Source: a virus (taxonomy: Duplodnaviria; Caudoviricetes). Taken from it: a stretch of DNA of 63,890 bases. Positions 46,408 to 58,519 of the stretch are shown here, piece after piece. Each line of letters starts with the position of its first letter. Position 1 is the stretch's first letter. The DNA lies in IMG/VR virus record IMGVR_UViG_3300045131_001062, positions 1-63,890 of that record. The stretch is one strand, 5' to 3'. The position numbers were made by a program, and so were the translations under genes. Under the pieces are notes generated by a model that had not been told where the DNA came from, did no database searches, and saw only the letters and a list, made by a program, of their open reading frames with translations.

Positions 46408-46872
46408 ATGTTGATAGGGAACACCATGACAAAGAATGTATACAATTTCGTCAAGAGTTTGAAACTGTCTGGTAAGTGCCTAGATGTAGGCTCGTATGAC
46501 GTGAACGGATCAGTACGAGATTTGTTCACGGACTACACCGGACTGGATATGCGGGCTGGACCCAACGTAGACATCGTATCAAAAAGTGAATACATGCCAT
46601 TTGGGCCAGTTACGTTCGATGTCGTAACTTGTCTCGAAATGTTGGAGCATGATGCAACACCGGAAACAACTATATCTGAGATATCGCGTGTCTTAAAGCC
46701 GGGAGGCACTGTAGTGATTACACTGCCGGGAATCGGATTCCCTAAGCATGAGTATCCGTGTGACTACTGGAGGGTAACTACAGAAGGACTGACGTTGTGG
46801 ATGTGGAGGTTTCGTGAGGTAGTTGTTACGGAAGACAAAACTCATGTGTATGGGACTGGAAGGAAAGCCTAA
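46408..46872 (+). CDS. Class I SAM-dependent methyltransferase
   Basis: LDVGS, FDVVTCLEMLEH, RVLKPGG, DYWR. Confidence 0.9.
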   Translation: MLIGNTMTKNVYNFVKSLKLSGKCLDVGSYDVNGSVRDLFTDYTGLDMRAGPNVDIVSKSEYMPFGPVTFDVVTCLEMLEHDATPETTISEISRVLKPGGTVVITLPGIGFPKHEYPCDYWRVTTEGLTLWMWRFREVVVTEDKTHVYGTGRKA

Positions 46873-46887
46873 ATAAAGGATACTGCT

Positions 46888-47145
46888 ATGAAACTTACTA
46901 AGATGAATTTGAGGCAGGTTGTGCATTCATTGTTGTTCGACCCATATGATCCGACGAATCGGGTCATCTATGAATCGGATAACCCGGCGGTGTATTTGGC
47001 CCAGGCCATTGCCGAATTGAAGATGATGCAATTGACCATGATTACCACCGACCGACTACGCACAGCCGTTCGACTGCTGGTGATGATTATTCTCATCATG
47101 ACGCCCAAAACTGTAACACCCAAGGAGCCCAATGGTAAGGCGTGA
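46888..47145 (+). CDS. Hypothetical protein
   Basis: AAAGGA SD. Confidence 0.6.
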   Translation: MKLTKMNLRQVVHSLLFDPYDPTNRVIYESDNPAVYLAQAIAELKMMQLTMITTDRLRTAVRLLVMIILIMTPKTVTPKEPNGKA

Positions 47146-47464
47146 GTCAAAAATCCAAAAGGCTATTAAGGAATACCTTGTGGAGCGGGCGTGGTTTGTA
47201 AAAGACACGCATGGTAACATGTACCAGTCCGGATTCCCGGACTTGTACTGTTGCCATAAAATGTACGGGCCACGATGGATTGAGTGCAAATTGCCTAACA
47301 TGGTGGGGTCACATTTCACGGCAGCCCAACTAATCACCTTCCCCAAAATGACACTTCATGGTAGTGGGGTGTGGGTGTTGACAGCAGCGACGGATTACGA
47401 GTACAAGAAGTTGTTTGAACAACCAAACTGGCATCAGTATTTGGATGTGTGGAGAATGCGCTAA
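47132..47464 (+). CDS. VRR-NUC family nuclease
   Basis: ESKIQ..GFPDL..WIECK..TAAQ. Confidence 0.85.
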   Translation: MVRRESKIQKAIKEYLVERAWFVKDTHGNMYQSGFPDLYCCHKMYGPRWIECKLPNMVGSHFTAAQLITFPKMTLHGSGVWVLTAATDYEYKKLFEQPNWHQYLDVWRMR

Positions 47465-47958
47465 TGAAACACGTAGGTATATATTTAGACATTGCGAATC
47501 TTTTTTACTCCGCCCGCGCGAAGTATGGTGGAGCGTATAAGTTGGATTACGCAAAGTATATGACGTTTGTGCAGGATTTAGGCAACATCGTTACGGCAAG
47601 GGCGTACGGGTCACAGATGGATCACGAAGCTGATTCATTCATTGGTCGCTTGTCCGAGCTTGGGATCACGCCCATCTACGAAAAGACCAAAGCGATTAAA
47701 CTCCGTGATGGCACGGTCAAGCACAAGTTCTGCTGGAGCGTGGGCATTGCCGTGGAAGTAATCCGCGACATGCCGGGCATAGACCTTGTCGTGTTGGGTA
47801 GTGGCAATGGGGATATGATTCCACTAGTCAAATACCTGATGGAGAATCGCAAACAGGTATTAATCCTCGCGTGCAGTATAAGCAAAGACCTAGCGGCTAT
47901 TGAGGGACTTACGATTTGCGAAATCCCTAAGTCGATGTTTGAAGTGGGCCGTGGTTAA
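47464..47958 (+). CDS. NYN (LabA/DUF88) domain protein
   Basis: IYLDIANL, ARAY, LGSGNGDMIPLV. Confidence 0.8.
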   Translation: MKHVGIYLDIANLFYSARAKYGGAYKLDYAKYMTFVQDLGNIVTARAYGSQMDHEADSFIGRLSELGITPIYEKTKAIKLRDGTVKHKFCWSVGIAVEVIRDMPGIDLVVLGSGNGDMIPLVKYLMENRKQVLILACSISKDLAAIEGLTICEIPKSMFEVGRG

Positions 47959-48012
47959 TCAAATCAATATTTGGTTTTGCCTGATTCAGCAAAATCTGAT
48001 TTGATTACGTGC

Positions 48013-48028
48013 AGCAAGAAGTGTGCCA
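48013..48028 (-). promoter_or_regulatory. Sigma54 -24/-12 consensus box (leftward)
   Basis: Minus strand reads TGGCAC-ACTTC-TTGCT. Confidence 0.6.
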
Positions 48029-48069
48029 GTCCATGCTAAAATGCGAAAATAAAAGTCTGTAAATTGTGC

Positions 48070-48098
48070 TTGACAGGGCGCGGCTATTCCTTTATAGT
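48070..48098 (+). promoter_or_regulatory. Strong sigma70 early promoter
   Basis: TTGACA, 17-nt spacer, TATAGT, with A-rich upstream sequence. Confidence 0.85.
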
Positions 48099-48203
48099 TG
48101 TGGCATGATAGCAGTGGAACAAGTGATGCAGCGAATCATGCAAAATGATTTGATTAGCTGTGTCATTGTTTGTAACACAACAATAAGTAATGGAGTTAAT
48201 CAC

Positions 48204-48404
48204 ATGAGCAAGTGGTGCGGAACTAAGCCGGTCAAGTGCGACGTATGCAACAAGCAGTTGGAACTCCACTTCGTGGATGGTGCGACCGTGTATGGCCCGT
48301 GGGGAATCATGTGTATGACCTGCCACGCGGAGGTGGGTCGTGGGTTGGGCACGGGGTGTGGGCAGAAGTACAGTCTTGCAACGCTTGAAAAGGTGGCGGG
48401 CTAA
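48204..48404 (+). CDS. Small Cys-rich early protein
   Basis: GGAG SD; CDVC..GPWGIMCMTCH..GLGTG.GQKY. Confidence 0.75.
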   Translation: MSKWCGTKPVKCDVCNKQLELHFVDGATVYGPWGIMCMTCHAEVGRGLGTGCGQKYSLATLEKVAG

Positions 48405-48406
48405 TC

Positions 48407-50049
48407 ATGCCAACAATGCGCGTAATGGATAGCTTTCTACTGAAAGATGTGCACCTGATCACGGCGTGGCGTGATGGGTGCATATATCGAACAAAGTCTG
48501 TGGGAATCTTCCACCGCGACAGTGTGAAGCACTTAAGCCCAGACAAGTACGTGCTTTGCTCGGTATCTACCAAGTTGATGAAGCCGGGATCGCCGCCAAT
48601 TGAATATAAGATGTGGGAGGATTAATTCTGTGAACGCTATACGTTACTATCAGCAGGGAATCATTACAGCCGAAGAGTGCAACGAGAAACTGCGCGAGCA
48701 TGGATCGAAGGAGCGCGTGCCCGTTGCATATGAGAATGGGCAGGACATTGCTACAGGAATCCGCCGCAAGAATACGGCGTATGTCACATACGGAAGCATA
48801 AGCTGTGACTTCATCTACTCATACGAAATGTATGATGATCGGGGCATAATCATTACATCTGGTGCCCACCTAAAGACTCGGGACCAGTTGAAGGCGATGG
48901 GTACAGCCTTTGATCGCGCAGCAGGTCAAGCAATTCTCGATCCGGGTTGTGCCATTCTGGTACTGATGTAATGAAACTCAACTGCCACTCGCTTGACAAA
49001 GCATACGTTCGCAAGGTCAACAAGATTAAACCCACCCCGATCAGCAAATACGTTAAGTTCGTGAGGGCTAAGTAAATGAGCGCGCCAGTACGGCTAATCA
49101 ATACGAACGGAAGTGAGCAGTTCCGCTTCGATACCTTCGAGCAGGCGTTAGCGGAAATGGCAAAGTACACCGAAGTCCCTAGTGATTATGCGCCTGGGGA
49201 TGAGGTTGGCGACAGTGAGGATCGCATCTGGATGATCGAGTTCCTGCGTAGCACGCAGCAGGCGGAACTGTATGCCCAGTTCATTACGCGATTCGCGGGT
49301 CTCTCGGATGATCAATTAGCCACGGTCGTGGCGGTCTTGGAAATGCCAGTTGCTAACCTGACCGAACACGAAAGGGACGGACGATATTGTTGGTAGTTGT
49401 TGCTTTAATCTGGACGCTAGTGAAGCTATAAGTAAGGATGCTATCCGTGCACTATATCGAAAACATAACGCCTGAGATTCGGCGCATCATGAACGCCACG
49501 TTCCCGCTGTACAAGGGAACTAAGATTAGCGTGCTAGTTTGTGACCGCGAGATAAGCCTCGCGTCTGGTTGGGAGGGTGGTTCGAAGGATTACCATCGTG
49601 TGATTAACTTGGCTACAATGGAAGTGGTCTGCATACCTGAGAACGGGCATCACTGGTGCCAGCCCGGTGCCTATGTCTTGAAGACGATTCCGCAAGGCTT
49701 CGCTGTGGTGCGGCACGAGATCATCTGTGGTAAAGATTGTGGGTTAGTGATTCTCGTACATCCTAGCACAATGTGTCCTATGCTGGAGGCTCCTAAGCCC
49801 GACGGATTATCCGAGGACGAGAAGCTGGTGCTGGCCTATACCCGCGGGTTGAAGAGTTCCTATGGTGGGATTAGTCAGTACCGCTTCCACTGCTTGAACC
49901 GGCGCAAGGGAATGTCACGTAAACGCTACGATGAAGCAAGGGAGACACTGACTAAGAATGGACTGTTGAACGGGGCGGGCGCAATAACCGCCAAGGGTAA
50001 GAATGTGTTGGAAGCTACGAATCCGCGTTGGCACTACGAGGTAATGTAA
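48407..50049 (+). other. Cluster of hypothetical early CDSs (48407-48625, 48600-48971, 49076-49396, 49438-50049)
   Basis: Co-oriented, tightly packed ORFs; no recognisable motifs. Confidence 0.6.
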
Positions 50050-50054
50050 CTACT

Positions 50055-50381
50055 ATGAGAGCTTGGATCACGGATCTGCGAATGTTGAAGTCGATTAACT
50101 TGCTGGACGATGAAGGGGGAATTGAAACGGATGGGTTTGAGAACCGATACACGAAAGAACAATACGTCCTCGACCTCGGTAGCGGAATCATGAGCGTCGA
50201 GGACATAGAGATACACGAACGAGACGTTATTTCCGATAAGAATGGTGAGGTTTGGGAAGTGACCTTCACGCGTGGTTGCTTCTACGCCGTGGAACACGCC
50301 CACAACGAACTGGATAATCAACGCCATAAGCTGCTGTGGACGCTGGGCAACGTGGCAATCATAGGGCATGTTCACTCATGA
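50055..50381 (+). CDS. YopX-like protein
   Basis: RAW..EIHERDVI..V.F..G.F..IIGHVH pattern. Confidence 0.65.
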   Translation: MRAWITDLRMLKSINLLDDEGGIETDGFENRYTKEQYVLDLGSGIMSVEDIEIHERDVISDKNGEVWEVTFTRGCFYAVEHAHNELDNQRHKLLWTLGNVAIIGHVHS

Positions 50382-52037
50382 GCGTAATCGCACTATGGAT
50401 GAAGAGACTCCACTACACTGTGGGCGTGAGTGGCGTGACAATGATTCGCCCCACCAAGACGGACGATGGTACGTTGTGGTATGATGTATACAAGGGAGAG
50501 GATATCTGGGCACGCGTCAATGCCAAGGCGATCGAAGTGATTCGCTATGGCAAGAAAACAGAGCCTGCTGAACCACTACCGGAGTACTCCGATGAACTGC
50601 CGTTCTGATAATCGAAAGAACATGAGCCGCGAAGTGGAAGTAACATTCACTCTGAAATCTTGCAATGATTGTCGTCACACGTTACTGATGTACTATGGTA
50701 CTCCTGATAAGATTGCTCGTAAACACGTATGTATCCACCCAAAACAGTGTTCTATGCGTAAGTTGCGCCAAGATCGCATGATTCCTGTGCGGTGCCCGTT
50801 GCGGGAAGGAGCGAAGTACTAATGAGAGAAGATTCTGCAGTATTGACTATACCTGAGGCTCTGGAAATGCAGATCAGACATCTACTGGAATGGAAGCCTA
50901 GGCTATCTACGGAATGTCTGCGGGACTTAGGTGTGTGGTTAATCGAACAGAACGCCCGTCCAATGCTGACCGGGCATGAGGTTGCCCGCGGAGATGATAT
51001 AACTGAGTTTGTTTGTAACTGGAGGCCGTCGTGAAACCGGCGCCCCTTATTCTGGAGAGTTGCTTTAATTGTGCCCACTGGGTGCAGCGAAAAGTGGTAG
51101 CATGTGGACGTTCACGAACTAATCGTAAGTTGCGTAAGGATTTGCGGCCACCATCTTGGTGCCCAATGAGGAAGAAATCATGACTGCTGAACAGGAAAAG
51201 ATTCGACAGGAGCAGTTGCTTGAGCAACACCACATCCGCAAGTTGGGCGGGGGTGGAACCAAGATCACGCCGTCGATTGGTGAACTAATCACACGGCAGC
51301 AGGCACAGGTCAAGAAAGTGTGTGGCAGCACGCTCACCAAGCAAATGATTCGGGATGCCAGCGAGACGCTGAACCGGAGGAAGATGCCGTCATGATACAG
51401 CCAAAAGACCTTCAAGGTGGCCCATGGTTAGTTGCGGCCCGGGATTGGTTGTATCGCAACAAGGGAATTTCTACACAACTCCCCAAAGTCTTTACTGTGG
51501 CCAACGGAATGACAGTTGCTGATTGCGAAAATCTGGCCGCCCACGTTGCGGCTAGCGTCTACAACGAAATGATTGGGAAGAAGCTGTGACACTCTTCGAT
51601 GGAAAGTGGAAATCTCTTGACTTGGAGGCGTTCAATAAGAAAATATTGGCGATAGACCTCGCTGCTGCGGAAAGGTTACTAGCCACCTTTGAAGCGAAGT
51701 ACCCAACGATTAAGGACATGCACATCAGGATGTGGGACGAGAATCAGGACACGGGACGAGTGATTGATGTTGAGTGCGAAGAAGTGAAAGAAAGGAAACT
51801 GTTACCAGAATGATCATGGCAGCACATCCTCGAACGATGCGGATCACGACGACTTGCAAACAGTGCAAGAAAGACGTTGTGGTCATGGTGGCCAAGGCTG
51901 ATTTCGTTGCGTGGAAGCGCGGCGAGTTGGCTCAACGTGCGTTTCCGTACCTTACCGCAGATGAGCGGGAAGTCCTGATTAGCAAGATCTGTGGACCGTG
52001 TTTCGATTCTATGTATGGGCCTTGCCCGGAGGGTTGA
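50378..52037 (+). other. Cluster of small hypothetical CDSs (50378-50608, 50622-50822, 50822-51034, 51180-51395, 51392-51589, 51586-51813, 51810-52037)
   Basis: Stop/start overlaps; several are Cys-rich. Confidence 0.6.
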
Positions 52038-52045
52038 TCTAATGA

Positions 52046-52129
52046 GCGCGGATGGAGAAATGGCAGACTCAGGGGACTTAAAATCCCCTGCCTTCGGGCG
52101 TGCGGGTTCAAGTCCCGCTCCGCGCACCA
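52046..52129 (+). tRNA. tRNA-Leu (anticodon TAA), CCA encoded
   Basis: GCGCGGA/TCCGCGC acceptor stem, GGGGA-CTTAAAA-TCCCC anticodon arm, long variable arm, GGTTCAAGTCC T-loop, terminal ACCA. Confidence 0.96.
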
Positions 52130-52330
52130 ATTCACTGACGGACATACCCCCTGGGATAATCATTCCTGAGGGATGGGAGCAAGTATATGATACAGTGGTG
52201 CCATACGATAAGGTTATCTGTGATCCCACGGATGCCTTCGATTGGCCAAATCTCGAAGACCTAGGATTCCAAGCAGACTATTTTCTGATGGTGATTAGAC
52301 GGATCGACAGTTAATGGAAGGATGGGTAAC

Positions 52331-52656
52331 ATGACAGAAGAAACAATGACACTGCTGGCCAGACTGTCCGAGATTCTTTTGGAGTTGGAGAGCAACGATG
52401 AGATCCCGGATGATTTCAAAGAATCAGTTGAGACGCTGAATGGTGAGACGAATACGTTGCTGGGACACTAGTAGGGTAACATTAGGGTAACACTATGAAG
52501 AAAGTGATAACACTACTGGAACATGAGTTGCGGAACTGTCAAGCCAACATCCGACAGATGGAGATGCACGGAGAATCCAGTGCTGGTGCCCTTGAGGGAC
52601 TCAAGGTCTACGAGAGCGAGTTAATCTTTGCCCTCGATCTGTTGCCTAAAGATTAA
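52331..52656 (+). other. Two small CDSs below the ORF-track cutoff (52331-52471, 52495-52656)
   Basis: Open frames, each preceded by GGGTAACA. Confidence 0.5.
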
Positions 52657-52686
52657 TCAGAAAGACTAACCTTTAAGGATAACTAA

Positions 52687-53058
52687 ATGAGAAACCTCGT
52701 TCTAATCCGGGGCTTGCCGGGGAGTGGGAAGAGTACGCTGGCCAAGCGGCTTTTCCCGAACCACGTGTTGGTGGCCGCGGACGATTACTTCACGGACCCC
52801 GCAACAGGAGCATACAACTATGATCCAAATCAGATAGCCGACGCACATCTGGATTGCCTGCAACGGACCTTCGACCGGCTGGCACAGGGATATGATGTGG
52901 TAGTGACGAATTGCTTTATTCGTCGGCACCACCTGTACCCATATCTGCGCTTGCGGGCACGGTCAACGATTATTCTGATAGCCAATGGGGAGTTTGCCAA
53001 CACACATCGAGTACCGAAAGAGACAGTGGAACGTATGCGTAGGGATTTTGAACTGTAA
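52687..53058 (+). CDS. AAA_33-type P-loop kinase
   Basis: IRGLPGSGKSTLA, ADDYF, AH..C, HRVP.E.VERM. Confidence 0.88.
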   Translation: MRNLVLIRGLPGSGKSTLAKRLFPNHVLVAADDYFTDPATGAYNYDPNQIADAHLDCLQRTFDRLAQGYDVVVTNCFIRRHHLYPYLRLRARSTIILIANGEFANTHRVPKETVERMRRDFEL

Positions 53059-53069
53059 TAAGTGACAAC

Positions 53070-55373
53070 ATGATTATCTTCGACCAGAAAAGCATTCATC
53101 TGCACGCCAACGACACGGTAACTACGCTGGAGTTCAACCAGAAGGAGCAGGATTTCATCCGTCAGCTGCTTGAGGTAGCGAGGGAGAAGGGGCGGGGTGA
53201 GGGATTCAACGCGGCCATTGCTAAGGCCCAGAAGCGGTTCGATACGATGCGGTATAGTCTCAAGGGACTGAAATTAACTAATTAAGGAATGAAATACCAC
53301 GGCACAACGATAGTAAGTTTCCCGCACAAAACAACAGACGATGTAGTGTATCTCGACCACGGCGTGTACGAAGTAAAGAAAATCCTACTGGAGAGTGAAG
53401 AATGCAATCCGAAGAACAAGGTAACGCGAATGTTAATGTTAGCGATTCGACGGCCGCAGCAGTGATTTCCGTAATTGTGCCTACCGAGATTCCACCTAGG
53501 AAACGCATCCTTATGCCACGCCAGAGCGAAGATGGCTTGGCCATTAAGGATTCGCGTGGCCGCATCTATGTCCGTCCGTTTGTCGGTGGCCCGTTGCGCC
53601 GCATTAAGTAATGGTGATCAAAATGAAATTTAATCCTAAATGGATAAGTCGCCTTACTGAACAGATGGACAACAATCAGCCAATTTCTGAGGTACTATCC
53701 TATGCGCCAGCCAAGAAATGGCTGATTAGTCAATTGGTAATGCGAAAGAAGGTGTATCACATAACTAAGTGCGGCGCGGGAGTGGATAAAATTGAAACGA
53801 TACCTACCACGGGCGCTCCCAATAAGAAGGAAGATCCGTTACTAGAGGCCGTGCGGGCACTCTATAGTGAAGTCAACTGCCGTATTCAACATGGTGCGGA
53901 CAGTAGTGGCCATCTTGAGTACGTGGAATCAAAACTGAAAGCCATGTTGGGGATCAAATGAGAGAGATATTCATCATTATTGCGGTCTTGCTGGCGTGGT
54001 GGACGTTCATGAGCGTGAACACAAACATCTACCGCACACAGCGGGAGTTGAAGGTGATGAATGCAACGCTGAACAGTGTTGCATTGGCCATTGAGAACAA
54101 CACCGCAGTAATTGCGGAATACTTGGATAATCAACCAGTGGAGAATCAATGAAGATTGTGTATAAAACAGTAGACGGTCGGACGTTTGAAGACGACGGGG
54201 CAGCCCGTGCACACGAGGAGAAGTTGTTCCTTGATTGGTTAGCTACTAATCCTCCAGTCAATGCCCGGGACGTAATGGAAAGTCTGGAATCCTATGACGA
54301 GGATGAGCACTACGGAACACAACAGAAGATCTTCACTAACCTGCTGCGCAAGTTTTGGGAGAACGTGATATGCAAATAACTGTTACAGTCCACGATGATC
54401 ATGGGAATCTGCTGGCCGCGGCGTCGGCAGCCACTGAGTATATGAACATCGCCGTGCTTGAGGAAGCATACGGTGTGCCGCGGGATGGTGCGCTGATGCG
54501 GTTGTCTTTGAGAGGGAACACTGCTGGGGGAACAGATGGCAATAACAGCCCAATTAATCAAGCGGGAGAAAGTAAATGAACATGGTCGGACTAGGTATGT
54601 GTTGCGGGGTAAGCCCACGATTACAAGATCGCGAACTGGTCTGCCCTAAGTGTGCTAGGATAGCCCACGTTGTGGGTGGTGAAGATTTCTTGCGCCACAT
54701 CTGGAACTGCAGAACCCTGCATAGTAGACTGGTTGGGTTGCCCGACTATGTACCCTGCGTACTGTGGATTGAATTCCAGCGTTGGGGATTCCAGCAATCA
54801 ACAAGCATACAGGGCGTTGCGTGTAGATTGATCAGCGAAACAGAGGTGGACGTATATTGTCCTAGGCGCGGCACGTTGCAGATCAACTGGCCGATAATGA
54901 AACGGTATCCGTACTCACACATAGCAACTGGGCAGCATATGGTGTTGTGGAACGTTAAGATGATGGCACTTAGTTTGATCTGTTGCCGTTCTCGGCACGA
55001 GACCATGCTAAAGAACTGGCTGGTGGCGGGGGAGAAAAAGTAAATGAACATCACAGTTGTACTATACGACAAGCAACGGAATGGTAAGCTAGTTCCGTTG
55101 GGATTATTCCGCAGTATGAATAAGGCCCGGCAAATTGCTAAGTGGCTGCGCTGGCGCAAGCATAAGACCAAGTGCAAAGAAATTATATTCAACACTGTCG
55201 CGCAGGATACTTTACAAGAAAGGGGATTCTTGTGGGTTCTTGTGTTTGCTGATCAATGTTGGGCTTACCATACTCGCAAACTTGCACGAAGAGTCAGGTA
55301 TATCTGCCGGCACCATTCTCCCAGCAGACTACACAAAGTATACCTAATGACTGGTAAAATGAGGAACGCATGA
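53070..55373 (+). other. Cluster of hypothetical CDSs (53070-53285, 53402-53611, 53611-53961, 53958-54152, 54149-54379, 54576-55043, 55044-55373)
   Basis: Co-oriented packed ORFs; 53958-54152 has one TM segment. Confidence 0.55.
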
Positions 55374-55888
55374 ACATAATGATTGATATCGAAACCTTGG
55401 GAACTAGACACGACGCACCGATTCTGCAAATCGCTGCTCAGTCATTCGATGGGAATGATCCTTGCGTGGGTGTTTGTTCCACCTATGTTGATCTTGTGTC
55501 TGCCGTTAAGCATGGGGCACGGATTGAGCCTGAGACTGTGATATGGTGGGCCGGTAAGCCCGAAGCACAGGCCAAGATGTTCACATCGGCCGCTGTCGGA
55601 ATCCGAATGGCTCTGTTGATGTTGAGTGCCTTCGTTGAACGCTACAAGCGCCCGCAGATTTGGGCCAAGAGTCCATCGTTTGACTTGGTGATTCTCCGGT
55701 CAGCGATGGAGAGGTTGTCTATCCCCTGTCCGTGGGGCTTTAGACAGGAGCGCGACGTTCGCACATTGTTGTCTATCTCGCCTGTTGATAAAGACAACGC
55801 ATCTCCACACGATGCCGTTGCGGATTGTGCGGATCAGGTACAGCAGGTGCGCGTGGCATATGAGAAGTTGGGGATTGTACTGGAGTAG
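55370..55888 (+). CDS. 3'-5' exonuclease (DUF5051/RNase AS-like DEDDh)
   Basis: MIDIETLG, TVIWW, SFDLVIL, RDVRT, HDAVAD. Confidence 0.9.
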   Translation: MNIMIDIETLGTRHDAPILQIAAQSFDGNDPCVGVCSTYVDLVSAVKHGARIEPETVIWWAGKPEAQAKMFTSAAVGIRMALLMLSAFVERYKRPQIWAKSPSFDLVILRSAMERLSIPCPWGFRQERDVRTLLSISPVDKDNASPHDAVADCADQVQQVRVAYEKLGIVLE

Positions 55889-55899
55889 TTAATATTGGA

Positions 55900-57879
55900 G
55901 TGACCACTATGAGCAATGAAGCACTGGAAAAATCAATTAAGAAGTGGGAAGACATTGTTGCGGGGCATGGTGTGGATGCCGGAACCTTTAACTGTGCCCT
56001 ATGCCAAGCCTATCGTACTCAAGCCGGGTGCGAAGGATGCCCCGTTAAGGAGCGTACACGTATGGATTACTGTAGCTGTACGCCCTATGGCAACTTCGAT
56101 GAATTCACACGGGAGGAGTACGTTCGGCGAGTGCCGATTTCAAATATGCTACAAGACATCAGAACCAAAGCAACGCAGCTGGCACAGGCTGAACTTGATT
56201 TCTTGAAATCCTTGAGAACATCACCTGCTGAGGTACTATGAAACCCTACGTCGTATGTTTGAGGGATCATGAAGCATGGTGGAGTGAAGAGGATAAGGCA
56301 TTCATTGATAATGTCTTCCGGGCCACACGATATGATCAAAATGAAGCGACATTGCTTGTGGTCAAGATGAAACAATCAGGAGTAGAAGCAGCGACCGATG
56401 TGGCCATCGTGGCCGGAAGGAGGAATTATGTTGTGGAATCTGTTGGATAGTCTGCTGTTTCTAATCCTTGTGCTGGTGTACATACCAGTTAATCTGGTGT
56501 ATAACTTGGGTTGGGCGTTGTGGTGTTGGGTAACTGAGACATGGGAGATTGTGGTTTGGTTGAAGGATGCGAACGTAGACATATTCAATGGTGATGAGCG
56601 TAACGGTGGGATATACGAGGATTAAGGAGAAATGATTATGAGTAAGCAAAAAGATCCGCGAACGATGACGCAAACAATCTTTCCGCCTATCAATGGTTGG
56701 AAGGAACACACGCTGTATCTGGTGGACGTTAGCATGAACGCTGGGAATCCAATGCACAAAGCGTTGTTCTATTCCGGCTTCTTACAAGATGGGTGGCCGT
56801 GTGGGTACAATGGTATAACTTCCATGATTCCCAGCAATGATGAAGGGCCACGTGAGATCCATAGCGTGTACTACATGAAGGTGATCAAGGAATTGTACAC
56901 CCATGATGCAACGCAGTGTCAGGGTCTGCCACCTAAGGCCACTGAGCTTCGGAAAGATCCATTGGCTGATCTTATTGATCAACGTATTCAAGCCCACATG
57001 ATTCCTTGGCTCAAGGGTGAGATCCGGCGGCAGTTTGATGCCATGCAGACAGGTGCCGCTATGGCCCGGACCTATCCTGCAGTGGATCAAAGCATCAACC
57101 AGTTCTTAAAGGTCACCTACCGTGGCCTTGATTACAAGATCGTAGACGCTAGGCAGCCACGCTACGGTGAATACTTCATTGTGGTTGGGACTTCTGCATT
57201 GTACAGGTGCGCTAACACTAATGGTACGGTAGTGTTTGCAACTAGCGGACCTGCCTTCAATACTACCATTAGCACTATGCTGATCGTCGAACCAATCAAA
57301 GGATGATATGCTTCCTACCACATTCAACAAAGCTAATCTTACCTTTGCGAAGAATCAACCACAGTATATACCACTGCCAGCGCATATCGAGAAGGCACTG
57401 GGAACACGACCAGTCACTACCTGTTGGAAAGTATCCTTCTGGGAACGGATCAGGATTCTGCTAACGGGTAGGGTGTGGGTAGAGGTGCTTACGTTCGGTG
57501 ATCCTTTGCAGCCGTTGAAGCTGGGAGTCACTGAGCCGGTCCTGCTGCCCAACAATGGGGAGCATGTGTCCTTCAAGGTCGGTACCCTTGAATGGTACGA
57601 GGGCCACTATTTGAATGGTAAATTTGTTGTCCTTGGTGGCAATTCGTATGATAAAGTAATCAGCTGGAGGTACCCGCGGTGAGCTACAGACGTTTCCCGG
57701 CAGAGACGCGAAAGCGTCAGCTAAAGAGCGTGAAACCCTGTTGCAAGGATCACTTGGTTGAGTGGTCGTGTGGTTGTTCTTGGGGTTGTGATGTGTGTTG
57801 GGCATCGTTTGAATGTTCGGAGTGTTATGCGAAGTATGATTTTACGGTGGGGAAAGAAGTGAAAGCTGGAGTAGCATGA
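55900..57879 (+). other. Cluster of hypothetical CDSs (55900-56241, 56238-56450, 56428-56625, 56632-57306, 57308-57682, 57679-57879)
   Basis: Packed ORFs with SD motifs and overlaps. Confidence 0.6.
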
Positions 57880-58514
57880 AACTAACAGTCATTACACCAC
57901 ACCGCAGTCCTGAGAGGAAACCGTTTCTGGATTTCCTCAAGGACATGATGGCCCGACAAACACGCCAACCTGATCAATGGTTGATCGTAGACTACCCCGC
58001 TACAGATGACAACTGTGATCTAACGGCTAGGATTAAATTCGGTATGCAGCAGGCTATTGGGGATTACGTACTAATCATGGAGGATGATGATTGGTATAGT
58101 CCGCAGTACATCGAGACAATGGCTATTGCCTGTGGGCATGGGCGGGATATCGTTGGGGTACGTCCCAGTATGATGTATAATCTCAACTGTCGTCGGTATG
58201 TTGAGTACAAGCATCCCGGACGCAGTAGCCTATTCATGACGGCTATACGCCGGGAGTCCGTACTAACTAGGAGGGTTTGGCCTAACGACAGCGATCCTTT
58301 CTTGGACTTACACCTATGGAGAACATTGCAAAACGGGTATGTATTTGTACACGGCGACCCGTACTTAGCCGTGGGGATCAAGCATGGTCGTGGTAAGTGC
58401 GGCTCATCTCACGCAGAAAAGAGATTCACTAGAAACGACGCACAGTTGAGTTGGTTGATTTCGCAAATCGGTCGGGTGGACGTAGATCGGTATATGGGGA
58501 TCATTAGTAATTGA
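57876..58514 (+). CDS. Glycosyltransferase family 2-like
   Basis: LTVITP, QT..PDQWLIVD, IMEDDDWY (DxD). Confidence 0.85.
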   Translation: MKLTVITPHRSPERKPFLDFLKDMMARQTRQPDQWLIVDYPATDDNCDLTARIKFGMQQAIGDYVLIMEDDDWYSPQYIETMAIACGHGRDIVGVRPSMMYNLNCRRYVEYKHPGRSSLFMTAIRRESVLTRRVWPNDSDPFLDLHLWRTLQNGYVFVHGDPYLAVGIKHGRGKCGSSHAEKRFTRNDAQLSWLISQIGRVDVDRYMGIISN

Positions 58515-58519
58515 ATACC

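Noticed and set aside
51744-52314. ORFs overlapping 52046-52129
   Set aside because: They overlap a clear tRNA; at most a short ORF downstream of the tRNA could be real.
57308-57330. MLPTTF as a fifth leader motif
   Set aside because: Lacks the aromatic and Ile/Val positions and lies in a non-structural region.
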